This document shows positions 9,769-20,626 of a DNA stretch of 64,000 nt, piece by piece. The stretch is taken from positions 8,803-72,802 of the forward strand of contig CADCWG010000156.1 of NCBI GenBank assembly GCA_902806335.1, in the 5' to 3' direction. The notes below the pieces were generated by a model. That model had not been told where the DNA came from. It worked only from the letters and a program-made list of their open reading frames with translations, and searched no databases. Source of the DNA: an uncultured Thermomicrobiales bacterium (GTDB lineage Bacteria > Chloroflexota > Chloroflexia > Thermomicrobiales > UBA6265). Both the position numbers and the translations under genes were made by a program. The first letter of the stretch is position 1. Each line of letters starts with the position of its first letter.

Positions 9769-10872
9769 CTAGCCGAACACGACCTCCTCGGGAGCGCCGA
9801 GCAGCGCCGCGACCTCCTGGCGGTCGGGAAGGGCCGTCTGCCCGCCGAGCGCACGGGTCGCCAGGGCACCGAGGGCGTTGGCGAGGCGCGCCGTCCGGTT
9901 CCAGTCCCACCGCCGGGCCATGCCGTAGGCGATCCCGGCGGCAAAGGCGTCGCCGGCGCCGGTCGTGTCGACCGCGTTCACTGGGAAGCCGGGGACGTCC
10001 ACAGTTTCACCGCCGGTGCAGACACGGCACCCCTCCCGACCGCGCGAGACGATCAGGGTCCGCAGGTTCGCGCCCCGCATCGCGGCGACGACCGCGGCGC
10101 CGGCCGCGTCCAGGTCCCGCTCGCCTGTCAGCGCCTGGACTTCCCGCGCGTTTCCGACCAGGGCGTCGAAGCGCAGGGCGACCTCGAGCGCGTCGGGCTC
10201 GGCGGTGTCGACGAGATAGGTCATCGTCCCGAGCAGCCGGGTGCGGGGCGCGAAGTGGGCCGGGAGGTCGGTGACCCAGCGCCGCAGCGGCGCGTCAGCG
10301 ACGTCGAGCAGCGTCAGGTCGTGGTCGAAGATGGCGGTCAGGTCCAGCCGGTCGCGCCGGACGAGCGCGGCGCCCTGGTGCCAGTAGATGGTGCGATCGG
10401 CCGGGTCGGCGGAGACGACGATGGTCGAGGCGTCGGTACGGGTCTCCGGCCGGGTCGCGAGCCACGCCGTGTCGATCCCCGGCTCGGCCGCCATGGCGGC
10501 GCGGAGGGACCGCCCCTCGGCGTCGTCACCGAGCATCGCCGCCAGGGAGACACGGGCGCCGATCCGGGCCAGGGCGACGGCGGTGTTGGTGGTCGTGCCG
10601 CCGGGCAGCGACGCCTCCTCGGCGACGACGGCGTACTCCCCGGCGGACGGGTAGTGACCGACGACCAGGAAGCGATCCCAGCTCGCGAGGCCGACCGCGG
10701 CGATGCGCGGGCCCGGGGCTGGGGAGGACTCACCTCGTTGAGATGGCTCCGCTCGCTCGACGCCTGACAATGCGGGTGTCCTCCTCGTGGTGGCGGCAGT
10801 GCCAGGCGCGCCAGGTCGCGGCGACTCGCCCATGCGACGGGCCGCCAACGCGGAGCGAGATGGTCCGACCAC
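9769..10872 (-). CDS. PfkB family carbohydrate kinase
   Basis: PGGTTTNTAVALARIG and VDTTGAGDAFAAG signatures; the true start is probably downstream (e.g. ATG 10833). Confidence 0.9.
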   Translation of the reverse strand: MVGPSRSALAARRMGESPRPGAPGTAATTRRTPALSGVERAEPSQRGESSPAPGPRIAAVGLASWDRFLVVGHYPSAGEYAVVAEEASLPGGTTTNTAVALARIGARVSLAAMLGDDAEGRSLRAAMAAEPGIDTAWLATRPETRTDASTIVVSADPADRTIYWHQGAALVRRDRLDLTAIFDHDLTLLDVADAPLRRWVTDLPAHFAPRTRLLGTMTYLVDTAEPDALEVALRFDALVGNAREVQALTGERDLDAAGAAVVAAMRGANLRTLIVSRGREGCRVCTGGETVDVPGFPVNAVDTTGAGDAFAAGIAYGMARRWDWNRTARLANALGALATRALGGQTALPDRQEVAALLGAPEEVVFG

Positions 10873-11204
10873 GCTGCTCCAGGGCGGGCACCGTCATCGG
10901 ACGGGCGTCGTCGTCGTCCTGCCCCGTCCATCCGCCGGTTCGGCCGGCGCGCCGAGCCGTGGCGTGCGGGCTGTCAGCCGGTATCAGAGTTTCCTCAATG
11001 CACCGGCGTCGGGGACGTCGGCGGAGCCAACCCACGTGGCGCCGCTCGGCACGCTCGCCGCGGGGCTAGAGCGCGGGCCGCGCGGACCGAACGGTAGGCG
11101 ACCGGAGGGGACGACCGGCGCCCTCCCCATTGTCGAGCGTGCGGACCGCGGCAGATCGCGGCGCACCGCGTCGGCTTGGGTCTGCCCGCGCCGGCCGAGT
11201 CCCG

Positions 11205-12800
11205 TCACGCCTCGTACACGGTCTCGCCGCCGATGATGGTCGCCAGGACCGGGATAGCCCCGATCGCTCCCGGATCGACGGTCGCCGGGTCGCGGCCGAG
11301 GACCGCGAGGTCGGCGAGCTTGCCGACGGTGAGGCTGCCCTTCGAGCGCTCCTCGAACGACGCCCTGGCTCCGGCCTCGGTGTAGCAGCGCAGGGCCTCG
11401 TGGGCGGTCGGGGCCTCCTGGGGCGCGTAGGGGACGCCGGACCCCGTGACTTCGGCGACGGCGGCCTGGACGCCGAGCAGCGGCTGGTAGGCGGAGACGG
11501 GGCAGTCCGAGGAGAAGACCAGCGACACCCCGGCGTCGAGCAGCGACCGGAACGGATAGGTGAGGGCGCAGCGCTCCGGACCGAGGTGGCGCAGGAAGCC
11601 ATCGCCGTACTCAGCGATGAAGATCGGCTGGGAGACGGCCAGGTAGCCAGCGCGGGCGATCCGGGCGATCAGGTCGGGGCGGCAGATGCCGCAGTGCTCG
11701 ATCCGATGGCGGTGGTCCGGGCGCGGGAGGGCCATCAGCGCCCGGTCGTAGGCGTCGAGCACCATCTCGATCGCGCGGTCCCCGATGGCATGGGTCGCGA
11801 CCTGAAACCCGGCGGTGTGGGCCCGCAGCACCCATCCGTCGAGCTCCTCCTGGGGCATCATCGGCAGGCCGAGGTTGTCCGGCCGCGGGTCCTCCAGGAA
11901 GGGCACGGTGACCGCGGCGGTGCGGCCGATCAGCGAGCCGTCGCTGAAGAACTTGGCCGGGCCGATCCGCAGCCGGTCGTCGCCGAGCCCGGTCCGCAGG
12001 CCGATCTCGATCGCTCCGGGCAGCAGCCGCGCGCCGATCATCGCGTGCGTGCGAAGCGGCAGGACACCGTCGTCGGCGGCGCGCTGGTGGGCGCGGAGCT
12101 CGTCGGCGCTGTTGAGGCCCGCCGTGTGGCTGCTGGTGATCCCGGCGGCGACGTACCGCTCGCCGCATCGCCGCAGCGCTGCGACCAGGTCGTCGACGGT
12201 CGGCGGCGGGATCAGGCGGCGGACCAGCTCCTGCGCCGTCTCCTGGAGCAGGCCGGTCGGCTCTCCGTCCTCGCCGAGGACGATGTGGCCCCCCTGCGGC
12301 GCGACCGTCGAGCTGGTCACGCCCGCCATCCGGAGGGCGAGCGAGTTGGCGACCGCCATGTGACCGGAGCCGTTGACGACGAACACAGGGTGCGCCGGCG
12401 CGGCGGCGTCGAGGTCCTGCCGCGAGGGGTGCCGCCGCTCGGCGAGCTTGTTGTCGTCGTAGCCGCGGGCGATCACCCAGTCGCCCGCCGGGGTGTCCGC
12501 CGCGCGGGCGCGGACGGCCGCCGCCAGGTCCGCGATCGAGCCGACGGCGGGATGGCGGGCATCGACCTCGGCGAGCGCGAGGCCGTACCCGAGCATGTGG
12601 TTGTGGGCCTCGATCAGACCCGGCACCACGAAGGCGCCGCCGAGGTCGATCTCCTCGGCGCCGGTATGGGCCCAGGCGCGGGCGCCGGCGAGGTCACCGA
12701 CGTAGGCGATCCGCTCTCCGACGGCGACCAGGGCGGATGCACGGGGCAGGTACGGGTCCATCGTCAGGAAATCGCCGTTGAGGAGGACCCGTTCGCGCAT
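11205..12800 (-). CDS. Amidohydrolase_3 (YtcJ-like) family protein
   Basis: PGLIEAHNH, KFFSDGSL, VATHAIGDRA, RHRIEHC, SSDCP, GKLADLAVL; start trimmed to MRERVLL. Confidence 0.92.
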   Translation of the reverse strand: MRERVLLNGDFLTMDPYLPRASALVAVGERIAYVGDLAGARAWAHTGAEEIDLGGAFVVPGLIEAHNHMLGYGLALAEVDARHPAVGSIADLAAAVRARAADTPAGDWVIARGYDDNKLAERRHPSRQDLDAAAPAHPVFVVNGSGHMAVANSLALRMAGVTSSTVAPQGGHIVLGEDGEPTGLLQETAQELVRRLIPPPTVDDLVAALRRCGERYVAAGITSSHTAGLNSADELRAHQRAADDGVLPLRTHAMIGARLLPGAIEIGLRTGLGDDRLRIGPAKFFSDGSLIGRTAAVTVPFLEDPRPDNLGLPMMPQEELDGWVLRAHTAGFQVATHAIGDRAIEMVLDAYDRALMALPRPDHRHRIEHCGICRPDLIARIARAGYLAVSQPIFIAEYGDGFLRHLGPERCALTYPFRSLLDAGVSLVFSSDCPVSAYQPLLGVQAAVAEVTGSGVPYAPQEAPTAHEALRCYTEAGARASFEERSKGSLTVGKLADLAVLGRDPATVDPGAIGAIPVLATIIGGETVYEA

Positions 12801-12909
12801 CCGTCCAACCACCCCGCTGCTCGCGCCGACCGACCTGCGGGTGATCCTGCCATCGACCGTGCGACCGGGCAAGGCCCGCCGCATCCTCGCGGTGGTTGCC
12901 AGGCCGCCG

Positions 12910-12951
12910 TTGACGACCTTCGAGGTGTTCGGATATCCTAACAATGTTAGG
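12910..12951 (+). promoter_or_regulatory. Promoter with overlapping palindromic operator (likely TetR site)
   Basis: TTGACG(12910)-18 bp-TATCCT(12934); perfect IR CCTAACA-A-TGTTAGG at 12937-12951 between the divergent amidohydrolase and TetR genes. Confidence 0.7.
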
Positions 12952-12978
12952 CGATTGATCCAGTGGCGCGGAGGACGG

Positions 12979-13650
12979 ATGGTCGAGCGGGGGCAGGGCG
13001 GGCCGGGGCGCGGCGCCGCGACCCAACGCCGGGAACGGGTTCGCGCCCTGATGCGCGAGGACATCGTCGCGGCCGCCAGGCGATTGCTCGACGAGCACGG
13101 CGCCAAGGGCCTCGCGATGCGGACGCTCGGCAAGGAGGTCGGGGTCACCGCGCCGACCCTCTACGAGTACTTTCCGTCGAAGGATGCGGTGCTCGACGCG
13201 CTCTTCGCCGAGGGCGTCGATCGCCTGACCGCCGCGTTCGCGGACCTGCCCGAGGGCGACACCCCGGGAGCGGAACGGTTGCTCGCGCTGGGACACGCGT
13301 ACCGGGCCTTCGGGCTGGCGAACCATGACCTCTACCTGCTTATCTTTGGCCGCATGGACTCCACCTATCGACCCAGCCACGACCTCAAGCTTCGGATCAA
13401 GGAGCTGTTCGAGACCGTCAAGCGGGAGATGGCGAGGGCCACCGACGGAGATCCCGAAGGCGAGGAGGTCGTCACCGTGGCCCAGGGACTGTGGGCGATG
13501 GCGCACGGCTTCGTCACGCTGGAGATCAGCGGCCTGATGGAGGACTGCTCCCCGGGTGTGCGGGATCACCTCTACGAAACCAACCTCCGCCGGCTGCTCG
13601 GCCCAGACGTGTTGATGCCGTTGGGCGCCCCTCCGCTCGCCGCCGACTGA
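12979..13650 (+). CDS. TetR/AcrR family regulator (WHG-type C-terminus)
   Basis: HTH LAMRTLGKEVGVTAPTLYEYFPSKDA; LWAMAHG. Confidence 0.92.
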   Translation: MVERGQGGPGRGAATQRRERVRALMREDIVAAARRLLDEHGAKGLAMRTLGKEVGVTAPTLYEYFPSKDAVLDALFAEGVDRLTAAFADLPEGDTPGAERLLALGHAYRAFGLANHDLYLLIFGRMDSTYRPSHDLKLRIKELFETVKREMARATDGDPEGEEVVTVAQGLWAMAHGFVTLEISGLMEDCSPGVRDHLYETNLRRLLGPDVLMPLGAPPLAAD

Positions 13651-13796
13651 GCACGCCGCGGCGAGAGGCCGTCGTCACCGCCAAGGCAAGTGTTGCGTCG
13701 GATAGGGCGGGGTATGATGGGCCGAGGTCCAGAGTCGCACTGCACCTGGGTCATTCCGACGTTCCGTTGACCCGCCCGCGCCGACGAGGTATCCCG

Positions 13797-14393
13797 ATGG
13801 CCGCCCCCGCCGCCAGGATCACGACGACCGCTCCAACGCGCACCGGACAGCCGAATCGCGTCGGGAAGGCGCCTCGGGAGGAGCGGAAGACGGTCGCACC
13901 GACCCGGCTCGGGTCCTGGATCAAGGCGACCCGGTCGAGCCAGGGCGTCAGCCAGCGCTCGCTCGCCGACCGGTCGGGGGTCAGCCGTTCCTACCTCTGC
14001 GACATCGAGCGCGGGCGGGGCGCGCAGCCGAGCGTGGCGACGCTGGACAAGCTCGCCGCCGCGCTCGGGGCGTCACGGGCCGACCTGCTACGGGCGGCAG
14101 GGCTGCTCGAGGCTCCCGGCCGGCGGGCCGACGCTGGGGAACTCCGGCTGCTCGGTCTCTACCGCGATCTCAGCCCCGACGCGCGGGCCCAGGTCGAGCG
14201 GTTCGTCCGCTTCCTCCACCACGAGGAACACCACCGGGTCCAGACCGCGCTTCCCGACCACGCCGCGGAGCCGCAGATCCTCCCGCTCGTCTCCTCTGGC
14301 GCCGTCGCGGCGGGGCCGACGCTGTTCGACCTTGAGTACCGGGACGCGACCGGCGACGCCGACGGGGACCACCGCCGCGCGACCGCCGACTAG
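13797..14393 (+). CDS. XRE-family helix-turn-helix regulator
   Basis: SQRSLADRSGVSRSYLCDIERG...PSVATLDKLAAALG; RBS GAGGT. Confidence 0.88.
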   Translation: MAAPAARITTTAPTRTGQPNRVGKAPREERKTVAPTRLGSWIKATRSSQGVSQRSLADRSGVSRSYLCDIERGRGAQPSVATLDKLAAALGASRADLLRAAGLLEAPGRRADAGELRLLGLYRDLSPDARAQVERFVRFLHHEEHHRVQTALPDHAAEPQILPLVSSGAVAAGPTLFDLEYRDATGDADGDHRRATAD

Positions 14394-14646
14394 CGTGCCC
14401 GGGCGCCCTCGCCGCGCCGGCGGCGTCCGGGGTCGTGTCTGGCGCGGTCCGGCTTGAGCGACGGATCCTGCGGGAGCGGGGGAGTCGAGGGCCGAGCACG
14501 ATCGCCCTTGCGGCTCAGCCCCATGGGGTCGGCGCGGGACCGCCGGAGGAACGTCCGGACCGCGACGGCTCGACGGTCGAGCGCGTCGGTCGGCCGGCGT
14601 GCCCCGGAGGCAGGTCGTGCCGTCGGTGCCGGTCAGACAGCGCCGG

Positions 14647-15000
14647 TCAGACGGCGCGGGCGTGGTAGACGACCATCGTCGTGATGAGCCCGGCGGCGTC
14701 GAACTCGACCACGTGGACCCCGCGGACGTCCGCGTCGAGGGGCTGGATGTGCCACTCGACCACGGCGTGGCTCGCCGCCGACGTCACCCGGTCGATCACC
14801 ATCCGCTCGCCGTGCTCGCGGAGGTCGGCGGCGAGGAGCGCGATCCGCGCCTGGACGGCCTCGGCGCCGACCGCGGCGGCGCCGACCATCGCGTTGTCGT
14901 AGCGCCCGTCCGGCGACCATGTGGCGAAGATGGTCGCGATGTCGCCGTCGGCGAGCGCGTCGAAGTTCCGGCGGAGGGTGGCCTCGAAGTCCACGGGCAT
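14647..15000 (-). CDS. NTF2/SnoaL-like protein
   Basis: FDALADGDIATIFATWSPDGRY...VVEW...GVHVVEFDAAGLI. Confidence 0.8.
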   Translation of the reverse strand: MPVDFEATLRRNFDALADGDIATIFATWSPDGRYDNAMVGAAAVGAEAVQARIALLAADLREHGERMVIDRVTSAASHAVVEWHIQPLDADVRGVHVVEFDAAGLITTMVVYHARAV

Positions 15001-15138
15001 CCTGGCGATCCCTCTCCTCAAGCGGACGCGGCGACTGGACGGCCGGACAGCACGGTGGGCGCCCCGAGAGGCGCCCACCGTCACTTCGGCTTCGGTTGAG
15101 GTGATCCGGCCGGTGCCGGACCGGGGCAGCGACGAGCC

Positions 15139-15495
15139 CTAGACGGCCGAACCGGTCGCGGCGGGCGCGGCCACGTCCTCGTCCTCGGCCGAGGTGGCCG
15201 CGGCGGCCTGCCGGACGCGCTCGGTCTCGGCACGGAGCGTCTCGGCGCGGGCGTTCAGCCGCTGCTGGCGCTTCGATGTCCGCGGTCCCGCGGCGGCCGC
15301 GCTCTCCATCCGCTTGATGAAGCGCTCCACCTGGCCCGCCGAGTCGACGATGCGCTGCTCACCCGTGTAGAAGGGGTGGCACACGGAGCAGAGATCGGTC
15401 CGGATCGACGTCCGGGTCGACCGGGTGGTGAAGGTGTTGCCGCAGGCGCAGCTGACGGTCGCTTCGACGTACTTGGGGTGGATCGCGGTCTTCAT
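15139..15495 (-). CDS. rpmE: 50S ribosomal protein L31 (C+ form) with C-terminal extension
   Basis: MKTAIHPKY...CACGNTF...[14 protein letters not shown]. Confidence 0.97.
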   Translation of the reverse strand: MKTAIHPKYVEATVSCACGNTFTTRSTRTSIRTDLCSVCHPFYTGEQRIVDSAGQVERFIKRMESAAAAGPRTSKRQQRLNARAETLRAETERVRQAAAATSAEDEDVAAPAATGSAV

Positions 15496-15629
15496 GGGAA
15501 ACGGTTCTCCGTCTGGGATCTACGACGGGCTGATCTCTCCAGCCCGCACAGGCGCCCCGGCTCGCCGGCGCGAGAAATAAGTATATCGCATCCGCCGGTA
15601 CCCCGGGAGGGTACCCTTGGATGCCCCGA

Positions 15630-15968
15630 CTAGTCCGCCGCCGAGGCGACCGGCTCCGGCGCGGGGCCGAAGCGCGACGACAGCAGCGCCTTCGCGCCGC
15701 CGACGGGGTAGATCTCGGGCGGGTAGACGCTGATCTTGCGCTTCGTGCGGGTGACCGGCTCGAACCGGACGACGCCGTCGATCTTGGCGAAGATCGTGTG
15801 GTCCTTGCCGATCCCGACGTTGTTGCCGACCCAGAACTCGGTGCCCCGCTGGCGGACGACGATCGTGCCGGCGCGGACGAGCTGGCCATCGGACCGCTTC
15901 ACGCCCAGCCGCTGCGACGCGCTGTCACGGCCGTTACGGGAACTGCCGACGCCCTTCTTGTGAGCCAT
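15630..15968 (-). CDS. rpmA: 50S ribosomal protein L27
   Basis: [16 protein letters not shown]...RLGVK...IVVRQRGT. Confidence 0.97.
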   Translation of the reverse strand: MAHKKGVGSSRNGRDSASQRLGVKRSDGQLVRAGTIVVRQRGTEFWVGNNVGIGKDHTIFAKIDGVVRFEPVTRTKRKISVYPPEIYPVGGAKALLSSRFGPAPEPVASAAD

Positions 15969-16013
15969 GGTGTCATCTCCCGTGGCACCGGCCGACTCGG
16001 CCGGCACCCAGCG

Positions 16014-16616
16014 TTAGCCGGTGATCGCCGTGATCGCCAGGCGGGTCAGCGACTGCCGGTGGCCGGTCCGGCGGCGGTAGCCCTTCTTGGCCTTGTACTT
16101 GAAGATCACGATCTTCTCGCCGCGGTACTGCTCCTCGACCGTCGCCTGGACCGCCGCGCCGGCGACGGTGGGCGTGCCGACCCGCGTCGAACCGTCGCCG
16201 CCGAGGAGTAGCACCCGGTCGATGGTGATGGTGCCGCCGGCATCGACCGGCAGCTTCTCGACCGAGATCCGGTCACCGACGCTGACGCGGTACTGCTTGC
16301 CGCCGGTCTCGATCACCGCGTAGGGGGGGAGCGGCTTCGTCAGCGGCGACGGCTTGGGGCCGCGCGGGCGCTTGAACGCCCCACGCGCGGCAGCCACCAC
16401 CGCGGAGGCCGGCACCGCCGCCGACGCCGCCGGTGGCACGTCGCCCTCGGTGGGCAGCAGCGGGGCGACTTCCGCCGTCGCACCTTCGACCGGCTCGTCG
16501 TCCTGCGCCGCCGCGGGCTCCTCGACGACCACGTCGGGGGAAGCGGCATCGTCCGGATGTCGCTCGGGGTTCTGCTCGAGGTCGTCCGCGACCTGGCGCT
16601 CGTTGGGATCAGTCAT
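16014..16616 (-). CDS. rplU: 50S ribosomal protein L21 with long acidic N-terminal extension
   Basis: YAVIETGGKQYRV...FKYKAKKGYRRRTGHRQ; start at ATG 16616 is inferred. Confidence 0.93.
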   Translation of the reverse strand: MTDPNERQVADDLEQNPERHPDDAASPDVVVEEPAAAQDDEPVEGATAEVAPLLPTEGDVPPAASAAVPASAVVAAARGAFKRPRGPKPSPLTKPLPPYAVIETGGKQYRVSVGDRISVEKLPVDAGGTITIDRVLLLGGDGSTRVGTPTVAGAAVQATVEEQYRGEKIVIFKYKAKKGYRRRTGHRQSLTRLAITAITG

Positions 16617-17052
16617 CGCGCAAGCACGTCCTAGGCTGTGAGGCGGTCGCACAGACTCGGGGCGCCCAGGAGCCGTCACACGAGGGACCGACCATCGCGG
16701 GGCATGCACACCAAGTCGGGGTGCCGAGAGCACCCACGAGGGGCGAGTGTACCACAGGCGCGCTCGCCCCTCAGGGCTGAACCGGGTCAAAGAGTGGGTA
16801 AAAGGGCGGGCCGAGACGCGTCGTCCCTCCGTCCCGTCGCGCTCCGTCCGGACCGGGCGGCATCCGTAACCGGGGGCCGCCCGTCGACCGCCGCTCCTCA
16901 TCGTCGCAACGGAGGTCAACGGTGCCTCGCGGGCCGTCGACTCACGGCCGGTTCGTCGCCCGTGGAGCACCGCGCTGTGTAGCCTCGGGCCCTTGCCGGT
17001 CCGCCGGGACGCGCCCCGGACGGGCAGCGGTGCCACGCCGCCGCCGTCTTGG

Positions 17053-17082
17053 TTGACGCTCCCCGGAAGGGCTGCCTATCAT
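17053..17082 (+). promoter_or_regulatory. Putative promoter of the hem cluster
   Basis: TTGACG-18 bp-TATCAT. Confidence 0.55.
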
Positions 17083-17122
17083 CGGGTATGTGCAGCGTTT
17101 TGCCTAGAATTGAGACGGATCG

Positions 17123-19144
17123 ATGGGGGCGAGCGGGGGCCTCCCAGCGGCGCTCGCCGCGCGGCTCTCCGGTTGGGTCCCAGCGATGACGGCGCTGCGA
17201 GCCGCGGATTTCTCGCTTCGCGCGGTACGGCTGGGGACGCGGGGGAGCGCGCTCGCGCTCGCCCAGGCCGACCTCGTCATCGGCCGTTGCGCCGGGACCG
17301 GCGCGCCGCGTCCGGTGGATCGGGTCGTCGTGAATACCGTCGGCGACGTCGACAAGACGTCGCCGCTGACCGTGATCGGCGGACGGGGCGTCTTCACGTC
17401 CGCCCTCCAGGACGCCCTGGTCGCGGACCGGATCGACGGCGCCGTGCACTCGGCCAAGGACCTGCCTTCCGAGCAGCACACCGCCCTCACCTTCGCCGCC
17501 TTCCTGGCCCGGGAGGACCCGCGCGACGTGCTCGTCTCCCGGCACGGTCTGCCGCTCGCCGCGCTCCCCGCCGACCCGGTGGTGGGCACGTCGTCGCGTC
17601 GCCGGGCGGCGCAGGTGCGGGCGCTCCGCCCGGACGCCCGGATCGTCGAGCTGCGCGGGAACATCGACACCCGGCTGCGAAAGGCGCTCGAGACGGACCT
17701 CGACGCGATCGTCCTCGCGGCGGCCGGCGTCGGGCGGATGGGCTGGGACCACCTCGTTACCGAGCGGCTGCCGCTGGAGCACTTCGTGCCGTCGCCCGGG
17801 CAGGCGGCGCTGGCGGTCGAGATCCGCGCGGGCGACGCGGCGACGCTCGCGGTGCTCGGTCCGCTCGACGAGCCAGACGTCGCGACGGCGGTGCGCGCCG
17901 AGCGAGCGTTTCTGCGGGCGATCGGCGGCGGCTGCACCACGCCGGTCGGCGCCCACGCCCGGCTGGACGGCGGGCACGTCTCACTTCGGGCGATGCTCGC
18001 CAGCGAGGACGGCGCGCGCGTCGAATGGGTGGACGGCCGCTTCGCCGCCGGGGAGGCGGAGGCCGGGGCGGCGGCACTAGCGCGGCACCTCGTGCGGACG
18101 GTCGAGCCGGACCATGCCCGACGATCGCGCCGGCCAGGCGGGGTGCCCGCACAGGGTACGGGCGCGAGGGCTCTCGGTGGGGCCGGCGTCCGACCGCCGT
18201 TACATGAAGCGCCAGCGTCTCCCCTCGCTGGCCGGACCGTTCTGGTCACCCGTGCCGCGGAGCAGGCGTCGGGCCTCGCGGCGGCGCTGGCGGCGGCGGG
18301 GGCCGTGCCCGTGGTGGCGCCCGCGATCCAGATCCTGCCGGCCGCCGACCGGGGCCCGCTCGACGGAGCCCTGCACGACCTGGCGGCCGGGCGGTACGCC
18401 TGGGTCGCGTTCACGAGCGCCAACGCCGTGTCCCGCGTCGTCGAGCGGGTGGGCGCGGGACAGGGCGGACCGGGCGTCATCGGCGGCGCGCGTGTCGCCG
18501 CGGTCGGCGGCGCCACGGCCGAGGCGCTCGCCCGGGCGGGGTGGGCGGTGGACCTCGTTTCCGCCACCACGACGGCCGAGGGCCTGGCGGCGGCACTCGC
18601 GCGGCGCGGCGTCGACGGCCAGCGGGTGCTGCTGCCGCAGGGGAACCTGGCGCGGGACGGCCTCGCCGAGGGCCTCCGGGCCGCTGGCGCGACGGTCGAC
18701 GCGGTCGAGGTCTACCGGACCGCGCCGCCGGAGCACCTGCCGCCGGATGCTCGGGACGTGATCCTGCGCGGAGCGGTGGAGGCGGTGACGTTCGCCTCGC
18801 CGTCGGCCGTCCGCAACCTGGCCGCGCTGCTCGGATCGCCGCCCGCCACCCGCCCGGGCACGGGGGGCGTCGCTGCCGGCATTGCGGCTCTAGCGGACGC
18901 CGTCGTCGTCTGCGTCGGTCCGACCACGGCCGAGGCCGCGCGGGCGGCCGGGCTCGACGTCACCGTGGTCGCGGACGATCCGTCCGACGCGGGCCTCGTA
19001 GCGGCCCTCGTCGCCTACTACTCCGGGCGACCCGGGGACTCGGCACGCGGGGGTGACGCGACCCCACGCGACGGCGGCGACGCCGGGGTGATCGGCGCGT
19101 CGGATCTGGACGACGACGAGACCGGCGTGGGGGCTGGCGCATGA
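17123..19144 (+). CDS. hemC: Fused hydroxymethylbilane synthase / uroporphyrinogen-III synthase (HemC-HemD)
   Basis: [37 protein letters not shown], then VLVTRA...FTSANAV...YRT...FASPSAVR...VGPTTA in one frame; the start may be 17186. Confidence 0.92.
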   Translation: MGASGGLPAALAARLSGWVPAMTALRAADFSLRAVRLGTRGSALALAQADLVIGRCAGTGAPRPVDRVVVNTVGDVDKTSPLTVIGGRGVFTSALQDALVADRIDGAVHSAKDLPSEQHTALTFAAFLAREDPRDVLVSRHGLPLAALPADPVVGTSSRRRAAQVRALRPDARIVELRGNIDTRLRKALETDLDAIVLAAAGVGRMGWDHLVTERLPLEHFVPSPGQAALAVEIRAGDAATLAVLGPLDEPDVATAVRAERAFLRAIGGGCTTPVGAHARLDGGHVSLRAMLASEDGARVEWVDGRFAAGEAEAGAAALARHLVRTVEPDHARRSRRPGGVPAQGTGARALGGAGVRPPLHEAPASPLAGRTVLVTRAAEQASGLAAALAAAGAVPVVAPAIQILPAADRGPLDGALHDLAAGRYAWVAFTSANAVSRVVERVGAGQGGPGVIGGARVAAVGGATAEALARAGWAVDLVSATTTAEGLAAALARRGVDGQRVLLPQGNLARDGLAEGLRAAGATVDAVEVYRTAPPEHLPPDARDVILRGAVEAVTFASPSAVRNLAALLGSPPATRPGTGGVAAGIAALADAVVVCVGPTTAEAARAAGLDVTVVADDPSDAGLVAALVAYYSGRPGDSARGGDATPRDGGDAGVIGASDLDDDETGVGAGA

Positions 19145-20223
19145 GCGACGCGACGCTGAGCGACGGGCACGATGGCCGCCGTGGGGACCCGGAGCTCCCG
19201 CCTTTCCGGCGGACCCGGCGCCTGCGGCGAACGGCGGCCGTGCGGCGGCTGGTGCGCGAGACGGCCCTTGCGGCCGACGACTTTATCTACCCGCTGTTCG
19301 TCGCCGAGGGGCACGGCGTCCGGCGCGAGATCGGCTCGATGCCGGGCCAGTTCCAGCTCTCGGCGGATCAGCTGCCGGCGGAGCTGGATGAGCTGGCCGA
19401 GCTGGGCATCGGCGCGGTCCTGCTCTTCGGGCTGCCGGACGAGAAGGACCCGCTCGGCGGCCAGGCCCACGTTCCCGATGGCGTCGTGCAAAACGCGGTA
19501 CGGGTCATCAAGCGCCACGACCCAGGGATGCTTGTCGTCACCGACGTCTGCGCCTGTGAGTACACCGACCACGGCCACTGCGGGATTCTCGTCGGCGGCG
19601 AGGTCGACAACGACGCCACGCTCGGGCTGCTGGCGCGGACCGCGGTCAGCCATGCCGACGCGGGGGCCGACATCGTCGCCCCGTCGGACATGATGGACGG
19701 CCGGGTCGCCGCGATCCGGGCGGCCCTCGACGCCGCCGGTCACCTCCAGACCCCGATCATGGCCTATGCGGCCAAGTACGCCTCCGCCTTCTACGGGCCG
19801 TTCCGGGACGCCGCCGGGAGCGCGCCGGCGTTCGGCGATCGCCGGTCGCACCAGATGGACCCCGGGAACGCGCGTGAAGCGCTCGTCGAGATCGCGATCG
19901 ACCTGGACGAGGGGGCGGACCTGGTGATCGTCAAGCCGGCCCTGGCCTACCTCGACGTGATCCGGCAGGCGCGTGACCGCTTCGACGTGCCGCTGGTGGC
20001 CTACAACGTCTCGGGCGAGTACGCGATGGTCAAGGCGGCCGACCGCCTGGGCTGGGTCGATGGGCGGCGGGTCGCGATGGAGACGCTGCTCTCGATCAAG
20101 CGGGCGGGAGCGGGGCGGATCATCACCTATCACGCGAAGGAGGCTGCCCGCTGGCTGCGGGAGGACGCCGCCGCGGTGGCGTCCTCCCGGCCGGTTCTGG
20201 CCGGGGAGGGGAGCCGACCGTGA
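19141..20223 (+). CDS. hemB: Porphobilinogen synthase (ALA dehydratase, Zn type)
   Basis: [49 protein letters not shown]. Confidence 0.97.
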   Translation: MSDATLSDGHDGRRGDPELPPFRRTRRLRRTAAVRRLVRETALAADDFIYPLFVAEGHGVRREIGSMPGQFQLSADQLPAELDELAELGIGAVLLFGLPDEKDPLGGQAHVPDGVVQNAVRVIKRHDPGMLVVTDVCACEYTDHGHCGILVGGEVDNDATLGLLARTAVSHADAGADIVAPSDMMDGRVAAIRAALDAAGHLQTPIMAYAAKYASAFYGPFRDAAGSAPAFGDRRSHQMDPGNAREALVEIAIDLDEGADLVIVKPALAYLDVIRQARDRFDVPLVAYNVSGEYAMVKAADRLGWVDGRRVAMETLLSIKRAGAGRIITYHAKEAARWLREDAAAVASSRPVLAGEGSRP

Positions 20224-20585
20224 TCACCGTGACGACGCTGGACGCGGAGTTCACGCGGCTGGCCAAGTTCTGGTCGTCCAGCGTGGTCGGGCGGGCGAAC
20301 GACCAGTACATCAAGGTCGCCAAGCTCCGCGGCGAGTTCGTCTGGCACGCTCACGCCGACGAGGACGAACTCTTCCACGTGGTGCGGGGCCGGCTGGTGA
20401 TTCGGTTTGAGGACGGCGAGGTCACGCTCAACCCGGGTGACGTCTGCGTCGTTCCGAAGGGCAAACGCCACCTCCCGGTGGCCGACGAGGAGTGCTGGGT
20501 CGTCCTGGTCGAACCGGTGACGACGGCGCACACGGGCGACGTCGTGGATCCCAGGACGAGGTCGATCGAGGAGCAGCTGGCGTAG
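20220..20585 (+). CDS. Cupin domain protein
   Basis: [15 protein letters not shown]...[10 protein letters not shown]; GTGA overlap with hemB. Confidence 0.88.
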   Translation: MITVTTLDAEFTRLAKFWSSSVVGRANDQYIKVAKLRGEFVWHAHADEDELFHVVRGRLVIRFEDGEVTLNPGDVCVVPKGKRHLPVADEECWVVLVEPVTTAHTGDVVDPRTRSIEEQLA

Positions 20586-20626
20586 CCACGTCGCCCACGT
20601 CGCGGCGAGGAAAGGAACAGGCGGAG

